The notes below the pieces were generated by a model, which saw only the letters and a list, made by a program, of their open reading frames with translations, had not been told where the DNA came from and did not search any database. From positions 1 to 64,000 of the forward strand of contig JAUCBJ010007566.1 of NCBI GenBank assembly GCA_032718475.1: 64,000 nucleotides of DNA. Direction: 5' to 3'. This document shows, one piece after another, positions 1 through 11,598 of the stretch. The position numbers and the translations under genes are program-made. Position 1 is the stretch's first letter, and each line of letters begins with the position of its first letter. Origin of the DNA: Nemertoderma westbladi. Its lineage: Eukaryota; Animalia; Xenacoelomorpha.

Positions 1-195
1 ATTTTTATTCTTCATTTAAAAAAACAAATTTGCAATCCAGCTCATTCCAGTCATATCCCAGATTCCCATACCCAGCTAACTTTATTGATCTCAAGTAAAA
101 GTGCGACTTAAAACATAACTCAGACCAAACAAAGGGTCGCAAATCACTCACTGTCAATTTCAAATTTTCAATTTCGGATAACACATTACAGGTTG

Positions 196-675
196 TACTA
201 GGATCGGCATGCTGCATTGCAGCTGCATTTTTAAGAATGCTGTGCCGGCTTATCGACAAAATTGCACCGCCACAACTCTCTATCACCCATGACATTTGCT
301 AGATCATCCGCATCTTCAAGGCCAGTGTCCTTTAAGATGCGTCTCAAGAAAGTCATGGGCTGTCCACCATGCTTATTCACTCCATGAGGCTGCTAAAGTA
401 GAGGATTATGCACTGGCTGGTCCTCACGGCGAAAGCAATGTCCTGCAAAGCGGAGGCGATTTTGTTCTAGTGTCAAGCTTGGGGGAACCAATGAGACACC
501 TCCAATGTTATATAGTGTCTCGTTGGAGATGTGTGCATTGTACTTGACACAATGAACCCGGCGTAGCATTCTTGTGAATGTGCCATCCAAAGATTTGGTG
601 TCCTCAGCAGTTAGAGCCCAGCATGGATTCCCATAGAAGAGTACTGGAACTACTGCTGCTCTAAATAATCGGACC
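196..675 (-). mobile_element. 5'-truncated RTE-type LINE 3' end, inverted copy of 1425-1904
   Basis: Reverse complement matches 1425-1904 (same 480-bp length, scattered substitutions); encodes RLFRAAVVPVLFYG...RLRFAGHCFRR. Confidence 0.9.
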
Positions 676-1904
676 ATGGAGCCCATTTTGGCACTTAGAA
701 GGATAATTGAAGAATTATCAAAAAAGAAAGACAGGCATCTGGCTGTTATCTTTGTTGACTTCTTCAAGGCCTTTGATTCAGTCTCTCGCTCACGTATGTT
801 CAGCATACTTTCATTATATGGGATTCCTGGTGAAATTATTGCAGCAATCAGATCAGTATACGATGGTTCGACAATATTTGTGTCTACTGTTGATGGTGAC
901 ACAGAACCATTTGAAGTGTTATGGGGCGTCCTCCAAGGAGACACACTTGCACCATTCTTGTTCATTATTGTGGTTGACTATGTTCTACGCATGTCCTTAG
1001 ATCATCATAATGATGATGGGGTGATGATAACTCCACCTACTGGCTCCAGAAGTCGAGGAAATCCTGCCAAGTACCTAACTGATCTAGACTTTGCTGATGA
1101 CTTAGGAGTACTCTCAGAATCATTAGAGGGAGCCCAACGGCTCCTCAGCTCATTAGAACATGCTGCTTCTAGTGTTGGTCTTTTTATTAACTCCAGAAAG
1201 ACCAAAATTATGACAGTTAACTTTGAATGTCCTCAGCAAGTCTCTGATCGGATGAGCATAAGCTCAAAGGATGGTATGCTTGAGCATGTGGACGACTTCT
1301 GTTACCTTGGATCATGGATCCGGAAGTCAGGTGATGACCTTCGAATATGTAAGGGAAAGGCATGGGCAGCCTTGAATAGGCTTTCCAGGATTTGGAAGTC
1401 ACCGAGAATTAATCGGAAACTTAAGGTCTGATTATTTAGAGCAGCAGTAGTTCCAGTACTCCTCTATGGGAGTCCATGCTGGGCTCTAACTGCTGCGGAC
1501 ACCAAATCTCTGGATGGCACATTCACAAGAATGCTACGCCGGGTTCATTGTGTCAAGTACAATGCACACATCTCCAACCAGACACTATATAACATTGGAG
1601 GTGTCTCATTGGTTCCCCCAAGCTTGACACTAGAACAAAATCGCCTCCGCTTTGCAGGACATTGCTTTCGCCGTGAGGACCAGCCAGTGCATAATCTTGT
1701 ACTTTGGCAGCCTCATGGAGTGAATAAGCATGGTGGACAGCCCATGACTTTCTTGAGACGCATCTTAAAGGACACTGGCCTTAAAGATGCGGATGATCTA
1801 GCAAATGTCATGGGTGATAGGGAGTTGTGGCGGTGCAATTTTGTTGACAAGCCGGCACAGCATTCCTAAAAATGCAGCTGCAATGCAGCATGCCGATCCT
1901 AGTA
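676..1904 (+). mobile_element. 5'-truncated RTE-clade non-LTR retrotransposon (RT domain to 3' end), one premature stop
   Basis: RT motifs FVDFFKAFDSV, GVLQGDTLAPFLF, DLDFADD, FCYLGS; C-terminal RLRFAGHC; TGA at 1429-1431 is CGA in the inverted copy; ends GATCCTAGTAGTA. Confidence 0.9.
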
Positions 1905-2031
1905 GTATAACAGCCCTCCCTACTATTTAATATTTGTAGAAACTTGACCAATTATAAAATTACAAATTAACCATATCGACGTTAATGAATATGATGTACC
2001 GACTGGTTAATAATTATTTAGAATAGTTTGG

Positions 2032-3066
2032 TTATGTAAAATACACCGATATGAAATTAGAACGGAAGAGCTGGCCATCTTGCGCACCGTCATAGTTTTC
2101 GTTGACCTGGTGATTTTCATAGCCCTCCGTATCTGGTGGGAGTGGGTCTCCCCGCATCATAGCAATGTTATGTAGTATCGCGTATGCTACAATAATGTGA
2201 CATACTCTTTTGGGTCACATTCTCATCTCACCATGGAGGCAGTGAAACCGACGTTTAAGGATTCCAAATGCGCGTTCTACCACATTCCTGGTTTTCTTAT
2301 GGGCTGTATTATAACGCCTTTCCGCCCTCGCTTCTATCTCTGGTTCTAGGAGTGGGGTGAGTACTGAGTAGCCAACGCTGACAAGGATACCCGCTGTCTC
2401 CCAACAGAATTCCTTTACGTTTGCCGGTTGCGAAATCAATTCCAACTTTACTATTCTTTAAAACACGTGAGTCGTGCACACTGCCAGGCCAATCGGCAAC
2501 AATTTTCAGAAATATGCAATTTGCATCGCAGATGGCTTGAAAATTTACACTATAATAACCTTTGCGGTTGACGTAGAAGACACTCTGGTCCCCAGGCGGT
2601 GCTATTATCTTCACATGAGAACAATCGATCGCGCCAACTATGCCAGGAACACCAGCAACCGCAAATAAGTCCTCCTGAAGTTTCTGCAAATTAGCTTCGC
2701 CGGTTGGCAAACATATGAATTTATTTAAATGTTTCAGGAGAGCGTTCGTTACTCGAAAAATTGTCCTGCTAACACAAGACTTCGATATTGGAAATGTGTC
2801 ACCAACCACATTTTGGAAGGAACCCGATGCGTAAAACCTCAGAGTAACTGCTAGCTGTAACTCAACACTCAAAGCTTTGTTGCGCTTAGTTTTACGTTTT
2901 AGATCGTGCTTGACGAGGTGCAAATGTAGGCAAATGTTGGCTTTGTAAAACGGTAGCGCTGGAAGAATTCAGTGCTATTATAGTAATTCAGTTGATTTAT
3001 TTTAGTTCTATTTTTTCTAACTTTCTTTCTTGTAGTGAGATTAATCAAGAGAGGAACGAATGCCAT
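2032..3066 (-). pseudogene. PIF/Harbinger (HARBI1-like) DDE transposase, frameshifted, with an internal stop
   Basis: Motifs LRFYASGSFQ, GAIDCSHV, NRKGYYSVNFQAICD, WPGSVHDSRV, LLGDSGY, RNVVERAFGILKRRF, ILHN spread over several frames. Confidence 0.9.
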
Positions 3067-3194
3067 AATGGTACAATGCAAATAAATAACCGTTAAAATT
3101 AACTATTAAAAAGCATGTTATCCTTTGTAAATTTATAGCTAAAATTAATTTTCTTTCTAGAAACCATTTTTAATTAACCTGTGTAGCTTACTTA

Positions 3195-3333
3195 AGTTTT
3201 CCCTTAACTTATAAAAGTTAAATGTACATTTAACTTTTGAGCAACCGAAATTAAAGTTAAATGGACATTTAACGATGAAACCTTAAAGTTAAGGGATCCC
3301 TTAACTTCAAGGGAGCTTTGAACAACCAGCCCC
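3195..3333 (-). mobile_element. Putative Harbinger terminus (TIR plus subterminal palindromes)
   Basis: Minus strand begins GGGGCTGGTTGTTCAAAGCT, resembling Harbinger termini; repeated palindromes AAAGTTAAATG(T/G)ACATTTAAC just inside. The opposite TIR was not found. Confidence 0.55.
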
Positions 3334-3399
3334 TAGACTTACTACTCCATACTTACTACTTACTAACACCTTAATAACTTCTCTAATAAAATTGGCCAC

Positions 3400-4330
3400 T
3401 AGAAAGACACCGTTCTCGTTCATAAACTGGTTCATAGTGTTAAGTACAGTTGTAAGGTATTGTGCTGTAACCGATTGCGTCAAAAAACATGTCGATAATA
3501 GGTGATGTTCTGTCTGTATCTCGCCGGACCAAAAGGGCATGTGCGTTCTTCCTGCGAGGTGTTTTCGACCATCGGCCTAATTTTGTACGTAATCGTTGAG
3601 AGCTTAAACGAAAAGGAGATACATTGACACGCATATGATCTGGTATGAATCTATCCGTTGTATAAATACTATGCACCGATAAAGTTGGATTCATTTCTAG
3701 TATGTAGCAAACTTTGTATGACCCGTAGTAGAATTATGAAATATTTATTTTTTCAAACTGCGTAAACTATCCGAAATGTAATTAATGTCTGATTTATGTA
3801 TTCATTCTATCTAAGTAAAGAAAAGCGGGGGTGTTTGCAACTTTACATAAATTATACACAAAATATAATGGATCGTTTACATTCCAAGATGCAATCTGCT
3901 TAGATATTGGTTTCTTTATATTACTCTTAATTATCGCTTCTACCTCAACCATCCCAAGTTCTACTGAGTAAAGTACATTTGGTGACAAAGTGGCAGTATC
4001 ATCTAAAAATAAAATAGCATGTAAAGTTCGTAGATCATTGAACTTAGTAACAAGTAAATCGATATAAATAGTACATAGAAATAAACTACTAGGTGCACCT
4101 TGACGTACTCCTGTGTTTGTACGACTATCAAGTTCATTCAACTGCAAAAACGTTCTAGAATATTTTTTTCTATATTATTTATATTTTTTTTATTTTCAGA
4201 GCTTTTATCATGTTGTAATCACAACCTAATGCCAACAATTTAGACAATAACATAGGTCTTGAAACTCGGTCATAAGCCTTGCTAAATCCATCGAAAACTA
4301 TAAATAACCACGCTCGTTTACATACCGCAT
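3400..4330 (-). mobile_element. Highly degraded non-LTR retrotransposon RT fragment
   Basis: Broken RT motifs FSKAYDRVSR, TGVRQGAPSS, LFLDDTATL, and C-terminal FRLSSQRL..LGRW. Confidence 0.7.
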
Positions 4331-5973
4331 AATCGAACAGTAACCTTTAAGCTAAGTATATAGGCACGTTTCCGTGGGTTTCTGAGATTTTTTTAACCTT
4401 GTTTTGCCTTTTCTATATTAGTGAATGTTCTAGAATTAATTTATAAGTATAATCACTATTATTTCAACCCAGCTTTGTTCTTCGAGCGCGTTTTCAAACT
4501 ATTTATTAGCTATTTTGGAACTTTATTCTATTTTTTAGGTTTAAACTTTCTATAAAATTCTCTGATTCAACTTGAATTTCTACTGATTTTTCAAACTAAA
4601 AAAAAAGCTCAAAAAAAACAACGCGGAAACTGGCCTTTGGTCGAGTTGAGGGCAACCTGGAACAGATTGCAATAACTTTAGTTAGCCATTTGTTCTCGAC
4701 ACACATCCGGAGATATCAGCCCGGAGGAACCTGCCTCTCACAAACCCCAATGAACTAACTCTACGATTAATTCACATATAATTACATTGCACTACTGTCT
4801 GATATACATTGTTTATGATATTTATAGATTCTGTAGCCCAAATCACTAAAGAAAACAATAGATTCCAATCTGTTCCGGGTCTCTCATTATCTTGACTCGA
4901 CCGATTTTAAATAGGTTTTTAGTGTTCTATTCAGTGTATTGTATTGTTTCCGTTTATTTTCTACCATTTTCTTACATTTGTTTTGCTATATTTGATATAA
5001 CTAAACTCTCCTTCATACCCAAATGCACTGGAATATAGTATCTTAACTCGAACAATAACGTTGATACGACTGGTCCAATATCGACGGAGAACGCTTGTAG
5101 CAAAATAATGAAATCGAAAATATAAATTCTGATATCCCCGGTGAACAGTTGGGAGGTTAAGCTGTTTCATACAACATACAATCACATTGAGATATGTAGA
5201 AGAAGTAATATACTATATTCCAGGACATGGTGTATTAAACTGTGGAGATTTATTGAATTTATTCATCTTATTTTAACCAACTCAATATCTCTCCCTCCCT
5301 CTTGTTGTATTTTCAATATTTGGCTCACAAATATACGGCGAAATTTGCCTCATCTGTGGATCGACCGCGGTCTGAGGGGGCGGGGCTGAGTAATTTCCCG
5401 GAACTTAATTACCGGGGTCGCGATCCATACAAATATATTAGTAATTTAATCCACGGTGGTTTTCAGATTAGGGATCTGCATGGAAAGGCTGTTCCAATGA
5501 CTACATGCAAAAGTCCATAAATATAGCCGATGCAGGTGGGGAATAGACGTAACGGCTTGTTATATCGAAATAATTCGGAAATTGAAAAGTTCGGCTCTGC
5601 CAGCAGTAAGAAAAGTTGTCGAACTATTATACTGTAGGTTCCATTAAGGAGTGTTATGTCGTCGTCTGTCGTCTTCTAATTTTTGACCGCTAATAACTCA
5701 GTCATTCCTTAATGAAATTAAACCAAACTTGGTACGAACGTGTAATACTTATAGGAGTTATGAGTAATATAAACAAAACAAATAATATAATACTGCAAGG
5801 CACCAACTGCTGATAGCATAAATAGTAAATGGTAGCTTAGTCATATTCCCCAAATGGAAATATAAGCCAAACCTCCCGAATTCTGATTATATTGAGGGCC
5901 CATTCAATAATTTGAATCCACTCAACCCACAGGTTTGAGACACTCAGTAATTCTTGTCTATTTCTCCCAACAG

Positions 5974-6204
5974 CGCCCCCTACCACCCCAACACGGGCAT
6001 CTAGTCGTCCCTCCACCCAACGCCGTTACATGCTCTCCAGAGACTCACTAGATGGCGCTCTAGACAGCCCAGTGAGAGCTGGACCGGCGCCGAACTCCAG
6101 ACAGGGCCGACCTGGTCGGGAGAGTCCCGACTCACTCGATTGGGACATGTACCTCGAATCATTGGATGCTGAAGCAGCCAATAGGGGCCATTTCATCCAA
6201 GAAG
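5974..6204 (+). CDS. Nesprin/SYNE-like gene, internal exon with adaptive-domain-like motif (upstream exons not seen in window)
   Basis: Acceptor ttctcccaacag, donor GAAG|gtaagt; GRESPDSLDWD resembles the nesprin GR(D/E)TP.SVDSIPLEWD motif; phase fits the next exon. Confidence 0.7.
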
Positions 6205-6304
6205 GTAAGTTGGTTGGAGGTTCCTTTACTAGCCAACGATTTGGTTGTATATTATGTGATTTATTTGACAATCGTAATTTTATAATAATTATTAATTATT
6301 TTGC

Positions 6305-6555
6305 AGATGGGGGGGGGGGGGGGGGAGTTTCGACGCAATAAAAATGGATCCCTCTCCAGGGGAAATTCGACGAAAATAACAGCTGATCTCTCAAAAAAGT
6401 AAAACTGTGTATCCTGTTCTATTGACTTCAGTTTATTGTTTTGTTTAGAAAAACGTGCCACTGTAACCTGCTCCTTTCCCTAAATTGAGAATTTAACATT
6501 GAGGCGGGATGTTAATTCGCCGAGATGGGATTTGCGTCCAGTTTCCCCCTTGTCT
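6305..6555. mobile_element. MITE-like element (same family as 27363-27610)
   Basis: Body nearly the same as 27363-27610; right end TTGCGTCCAGTTTCCCCC; left end degenerate with a G-run. Confidence 0.75.
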
Positions 6556-6638
6556 TAAGTTTTGTTATTCATATTGATTTATTTTTTTATGACCTCTTTG
6601 GTTTCGGTATGTTTTATATCTCGGTTATTTATTTTTAG

Positions 6639-6884
6639 ATGAATTCGGAATAAAGTTGTCCTCCTCGACCCCTAAGCGGGCCCTCCATCGGCTGGGGTTG
6701 GACGACTTGCAGCGGACGTTGGAGGACAGCGCCGCGAGGTTGACCCGCGTGGAACTGAGTACGCGATCGGCACTGCCGTTACCGGGACCCCATGTGGACG
6801 CCGCCGCCTACGCCCGCAACGTGGCCGCATGTAAAGCCTCCGTCGAGTCCAGTCAGTCATTGGCGAATCGTCTGTCTGCTTCAG
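6639..6884 (+). CDS. Nesprin-like gene exon (helical/spectrin-repeat region)
   Basis: tttttag acceptor, TCAG|gtaagt donor, 246 bp, phase 1-1, open GC-rich frame. Confidence 0.8.
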
Positions 6885-7398
6885 GTAAGTTACCTAACCC
6901 AGTAACACCGCGATACTACTAAATAGCGCACCCTAATCAACTCATGAGTCACTACTGCTACATACCGACACAGCCAACACAACCCTGTTAATTGTGTAGT
7001 TATACTACACAATTAACACCCTTTGTGACCTCCACTGCAACACCACAGTTTACCAAACACCACAGTTACCAGTACTTTTAGTGATAAAATTTAAGAAGAA
7101 GAAAATAAAATTTAAGTTATGAACGTGAAACATGAGACAATGGATGCAACCCCCAAACGCTCCCCTCTCTTGGCAGTTACCTGTAAGGAAGGTAATGCCC
7201 AAAGCTCCCAAGAGTGAACGCTCCTTATCAAACCAACCATTTCTTTACTCCCACACACACCATACCAGGTTCCTATTAATCCCACTAATATCCAAAGTGT
7301 CTTGGTTAGGGAGACAACAATGCGAATTTTATACAGACATTAGTCGAATTTGAACCTGCGATCTTAAAATATTTTTTAATGATTTTTTTTTTATTCAG

Positions 7399-7643
7399 GA
7401 GGGTTAAGTAATCGCGAGGATATTCAGCAGCTGTTGGATTCTGTCACTCACCGCTGGGGGGTGGTGCGTGCCTTGGCTATGGAGCGGCACGGCCGTCTGC
7501 AAGCCCTCCAACGGGACTGGCAGCATTTTCTGTCTGAGATTGACACGATCGAACGATGGTTGGAGGAGGGAGAGACGGCGTTAGGGAAACTATTCCTAAG
7601 CGACGATATCCATCAGATGGAAAGAACCATTCGCAAACACAGA
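7399..7643 (+). CDS. Nesprin-like gene exon (spectrin repeats)
   Basis: ttattcag acceptor, AGA|gtaagt donor; ...VTHRWGVV...LQRDWQHFLSEIDTIERWLEEGE spectrin-repeat Trp pattern. Confidence 0.85.
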
Positions 7644-9150
7644 GTAAGTTGGAAAAAACCATCCGCACACACAGAGTAAGTTGGAAAGAACCATCCGAAA
7701 ACACAGTAAGTTGGAAAGAACCATCCGCGAACACAGGGTAAGTTGGAAAGAACCATCCGAAAACACAGTAAGTTGGAAAGAACCATCCACACACACAGAG
7801 TAAGTTGGAAAGAACCATCCGAAAACACAGTAAGTTGGAAAGAACCATCCGCGAACACAGAGTAAGTTGGAAAGAACCATCCGAAAACACAGTAAGTTGG
7901 AAAGAACCATCCACGAACTGTGACGGGATTTATGAAGGATCCCGGTTTATCCGGTTTTCAATCTACGCGTCCCCGCCGTGTGTGTGTGAAAGGTAAAGAG
8001 AGTTATTGATCGCTGTATATAGTCTTCCGGGTATAATAGTATAGATATAATATAAGATACATAAATGATGACACAAAGGTATTGGATACACGAATGGTAT
8101 ACGAAGACGGTAATTGAAGTTCCGGTACTACCCTAGCTAAGCTGACTTACTATAAGTGAATGAAATGATTACTGTACTGACAATATATATTGCACGGTTG
8201 GCCAAGTTACGTTACCCAGCCGGTGCCTTCCCCCCATTGGCTAATAACCCTGTTGTCGCCCTTTGCCTCCCCTGAAGTGCTTCCCTTCGCCCCTGCTATT
8301 CTCTCTTTCAGGGGTGTAACCCCTGACCCTTATTGTGCGTATGTTTCTCCTTCCCACTTTGTTGGGGTGACACGAGGTTGATATTAGTAATCAACCTCGT
8401 GTTCCCAATATTGCTTAACGGCTCACTTTATGGGGTAGGTTAGCGGAATTGGATAAGCTAACACGAACACAGTAAGTTGGAAAGAACCATCCACACACAC
8501 AGAGTAAGTTGGAAAGAACCATCCACACACACAGAGTAAGTTAGAAAGAACCATCCGAAAACACAGTAAGTTGGAAAGAACCATCCACACACACAGAGTA
8601 AGTTGGAAAGAACCATCCGAAAACACAGTAAGTTGGAAAGAACCATCCGCGAACACAGTAAGTTGGAAAGAACCATCCACACACACAGAGTAAGTTGGAA
8701 AGAACCATCCACACACACAGAGTAAGTTGGAAAGAACCATCCACACACACAGAGTAAGTTGGAAAGAACCATCCGCGAACACAGTAAGTTGGAAAGAACC
8801 ATCCACACACACAGAGTAAGTTGGAAAGAACCATCCACACACACAGAGTAAGTTGGAAAGAACCATCCGCAAACACAGTAAGTTGGAAAGAACCATCCGC
8901 GAACACAGAGTAAGTTGGAAAGAACCATCCGAAAACACAGTAAGTTGGAAAGAACCATCCGCGAACACAGTAAGTTGGAAAGAACCATGCACACACACAG
9001 AGTAATTGGAAAGAACCATCCGCACACACAGTAAGTTGGAAAGAACCATCCGAAAACACAGTAAGTTGGAAAGAACCATCCACACACACAGAGTAAGTTG
9101 GAAAGAACCATCCACACACACAGAGTAAGTTGGAAAGAACCAACCTCGAA
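7618..9150 (+). repeat. 29-32-bp minisatellite built from the exon 3' end plus splice donor, interrupted by a solo LTR
   Basis: Unit TGGAAAGAACCATCC(G/A)..ACAC(AG)A-GTAAGT; the first unit overlaps the real exon end. Confidence 0.95.
7919..8463 (-). mobile_element. Solo LTR related to the LTR of BEL element B (50838-51377)
   Basis: TG...CA ends (TGTGACGGGA...ATAAGCTAACA), 5-bp TSD CGAAC at 7914-7918 and 8464-8468, collinear similarity to 50838-51377. Confidence 0.92.
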
Positions 9151-9393
9151 CAAGTAAGATAAACTAGTTAATCTTAGTAAGAGTAATATTGGTAGTGTAC
9201 ATGCAATGTTAATCTTCTAACATAACTAACTGATAAGGGCCCGCCTGTTCCTGGTAATGAATGTCCTTTGGGTAAGATTTTACATATCACGGTCAACTGT
9301 GTCTACTCTTAAGAACCGACAGTCTGCAAATTACAAATTATAATTTAGTTTTTTTTATTAAGCTTCTACTACTACAGTGACATTTTTTATTAG

Positions 9394-9564
9394 GAATTCC
9401 TACTGGCTATGGAAAACCACAAGGCAACTGTACTGTCCATCAACATTACCAACCGACGATACATCGATACGGCGCCCGACACATTCCATCGGATAAACGC
9501 CGCCAATTCCAGATGGGACATTCTGTGTCGACAAGCGATCGAGTGGCAAGCCAAACTACAACAG
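9394..9564 (+). CDS. Nesprin-like gene exon
   Basis: ttttattag acceptor, CAG|gtcact donor, 171 bp, phase 0-0; EFLLAMENHKATVLSIN...NSRWDILCRQAIEWQAKLQQ. Confidence 0.85.
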
Positions 9565-10025
9565 GTCACTCAAATAAAATGCTTAAAAATGTACATACAG
9601 TACGTAGCTTTCCTTGGACAGTAGCTATTCTTTACTCATAAGTAAATATAATATTATCCCTCATATTTTTCTTCGTGCGCTTATCCTAAACAGAATTCAA
9701 ACCATTTCTCAAGAAGGTCAGAAGTTCAAGATAATAAAGATCCTGCTCTCTAACAGGCGGCTCTCTAACCTGTTCTTTTCCAATCCACATCCATCAATGA
9801 ACACGTCGCTTTAAATTAATACTTGTGCTTATTGGCGGGTGAGAAGTCAACGAGTTTTTGGGCATCCATTATGTCGGTCGACCCTATCTGGGCGTAGAAC
9901 CTCTTTTTGAAGCTGATAAAGTCTATATGGTCTCCGTTAAAGCTGTTTTTTCTACGGTTTCAAATAAATATTTTCATTATTACATTTAATTGATTACATT
10001 AATTACCAATGACTTCCTCCTTTAG

Positions 10026-10397
10026 GCGGTTATCGACTGCCAGGAGTTCGTCTCGACCGTGGAGGATCTGACCCGGTGGCTAACGGCCGCCGAATCCCGC
10101 CTCGATCGAATGGAGCCGATAGACCTCGACGCGGGGGAGTCGGTCCTGCAGCGACGGTTCGCGGCGATACAACGGCTCCACGCGGATCTGGTAGAGTCCC
10201 GACCGCGGGTCGACTCGCTCATAGAGCAAACCAACAGGTTGCTACTGACCACGGACCACCGGTCCTCCGTAGATTCCGAGTACCGGGACCGACTGCAACT
10301 GATCGCGGGACGTTGTCGCGGTTTAACTTCCCGTTGCCGTCGACATATCGGAACAATCCGGTCCCGTTTAGCGAACCCGCCTCGCCCTGCCGACACT
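10026..10397 (+). CDS. Nesprin-like gene exon (last spectrin repeat)
   Basis: cctcctttag acceptor, ACT|gtgagt donor, 372 bp; AVIDCQEF..TVEDLTRWLTAAESRL continues the preceding LQQ as in nesprin C-terminal repeats. Confidence 0.85.
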
Positions 10398-10841
10398 GTG
10401 AGTTGAATTAGTTGTCTTTAGTCGTAGAAGAATAACATTGGGGTAACTCGTACAATTTATTGTAAATATCGAAGTTTATTTAATTGCCTGTAACTTATTG
10501 AATAATCAACTGGTAATTTAATTTTATAATTGAAAATATTACACCACCATCATCACCGTTATTAGGCACTTCATTATTTTTGTAACTGTAAATTATTAAT
10601 TTAGACTGACTAATTAATGTAGATAAGTTGAAATGATATCATCTTCTCCTATCTTTGACTTTGCTATAATCATATAAGTCTCAATAAAGTCTCCCACACT
10701 TTCTGTAACTGGAACTAATCATAGGATATTGCCAGACCTGACCACCGCATTAGTGAAACCATATTGAGACCTACCGAGCTTGGAAAGTTACACATACTGG
10801 TTTCAATATTTTGTATTTTGTTGAAACTCGGTTTCTCTTAG

Positions 10842-10879
10842 GTTCGCATTGTTAGGGACTTTAATGCAACCAAGCCAAG
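10842..10879 (+). CDS. Candidate 38-bp alternative exon (phase 0-2)
   Basis: tttctcttag acceptor, CAAG|gtacgt donor, open frame VRIVRDFNATKP; phase fits the KASH exon. Inferred from splice signals only. Confidence 0.35.
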
Positions 10880-11480
10880 GTACGTCGCCAGCTACAGCTA
10901 CTGTAGTAGCTAATTGTTTAGCAAGCTAGAAATCTGCCGCCGCTCTTCCTACTAAATGCCTAGAAAATGCTTAAATTTTAATCAATATCTCGGATTCTTG
11001 CATTCTCATTTACTTACTGATTAAAAATATTCCAAATTACAGAGGTTTGGAGGTCTAATTTTCCAAGCTTGGTTTGCTATTAAACTCTCTACTCCAGTCC
11101 AGATCATTACAATTAGACAATTAATTCTTAACTGTTTCTGCATTTTAATACGGTAATTATTAATAAACCTGACCAACATCTTATCGTTACTAACGTTACT
11201 ACAAGGACGTGTTTCAGTTGTATACCAACAGCAACAACTACAAGGACGTGTTTCCCATGATGAAATATTTAATCTAGATCTAAGGCCTAATCACTGAATT
11301 TAGTGAATTAATATTGAATAAATATCATATAATACTTCTTGGTGTACAAAACCTTAATTTCATTATTAATTAAGTTCTTCCATAGCATTATCTATTCTTT
11401 AAATGAATTGAAGTTAGCAATTGATGCAACTGTAATTGAAATTTAAAAAATAAGGAAGCGCGTCACCAGGGGTTGAACCA

Positions 11481-11524
11481 GTGCTATACATACGTTTCGG
11501 CCTATCAGGCCTCATCAGTAGCGC
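11481..11524 (-). ncRNA. Minimal type-I hammerhead ribozyme (Penelope/retrozyme type)
   Basis: Minus strand: gcgcta CUGAUGA ggccu-gau-aggcc GAAAC guau GUA uagcac; full core, stem I GCUA/UAGC, stem II 5 bp, very short stem III, GUA cleavage triplet. Confidence 0.8.
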
Positions 11525-11598
11525 TAACCAGTTCAGCCACTTGCCCCTGACTATTTATTACTCTCCTATCTAATATTGAACAGGCGGTCTTAGGTTTC

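Noticed and set aside
393-965. 190-aa minus-strand ORF as a gene
   Set aside because: Chimera of antisense RT sequence and the inverted RTE 3' end across the 675/676 junction.
4961-5330. Possible second GIY-YIG/PLE relic on the minus strand
   Set aside because: Similarity too weak to support by eye.
7618-9150. CRISPR-like appearance of ~30-bp direct repeats
   Set aside because: No unique spacers, no cas genes, eukaryotic intron context; the unit derives from the exon/intron junction.
7477-9153. Minus-strand Cys/Phe-rich ORFs
   Set aside because: Translations of the minisatellite.
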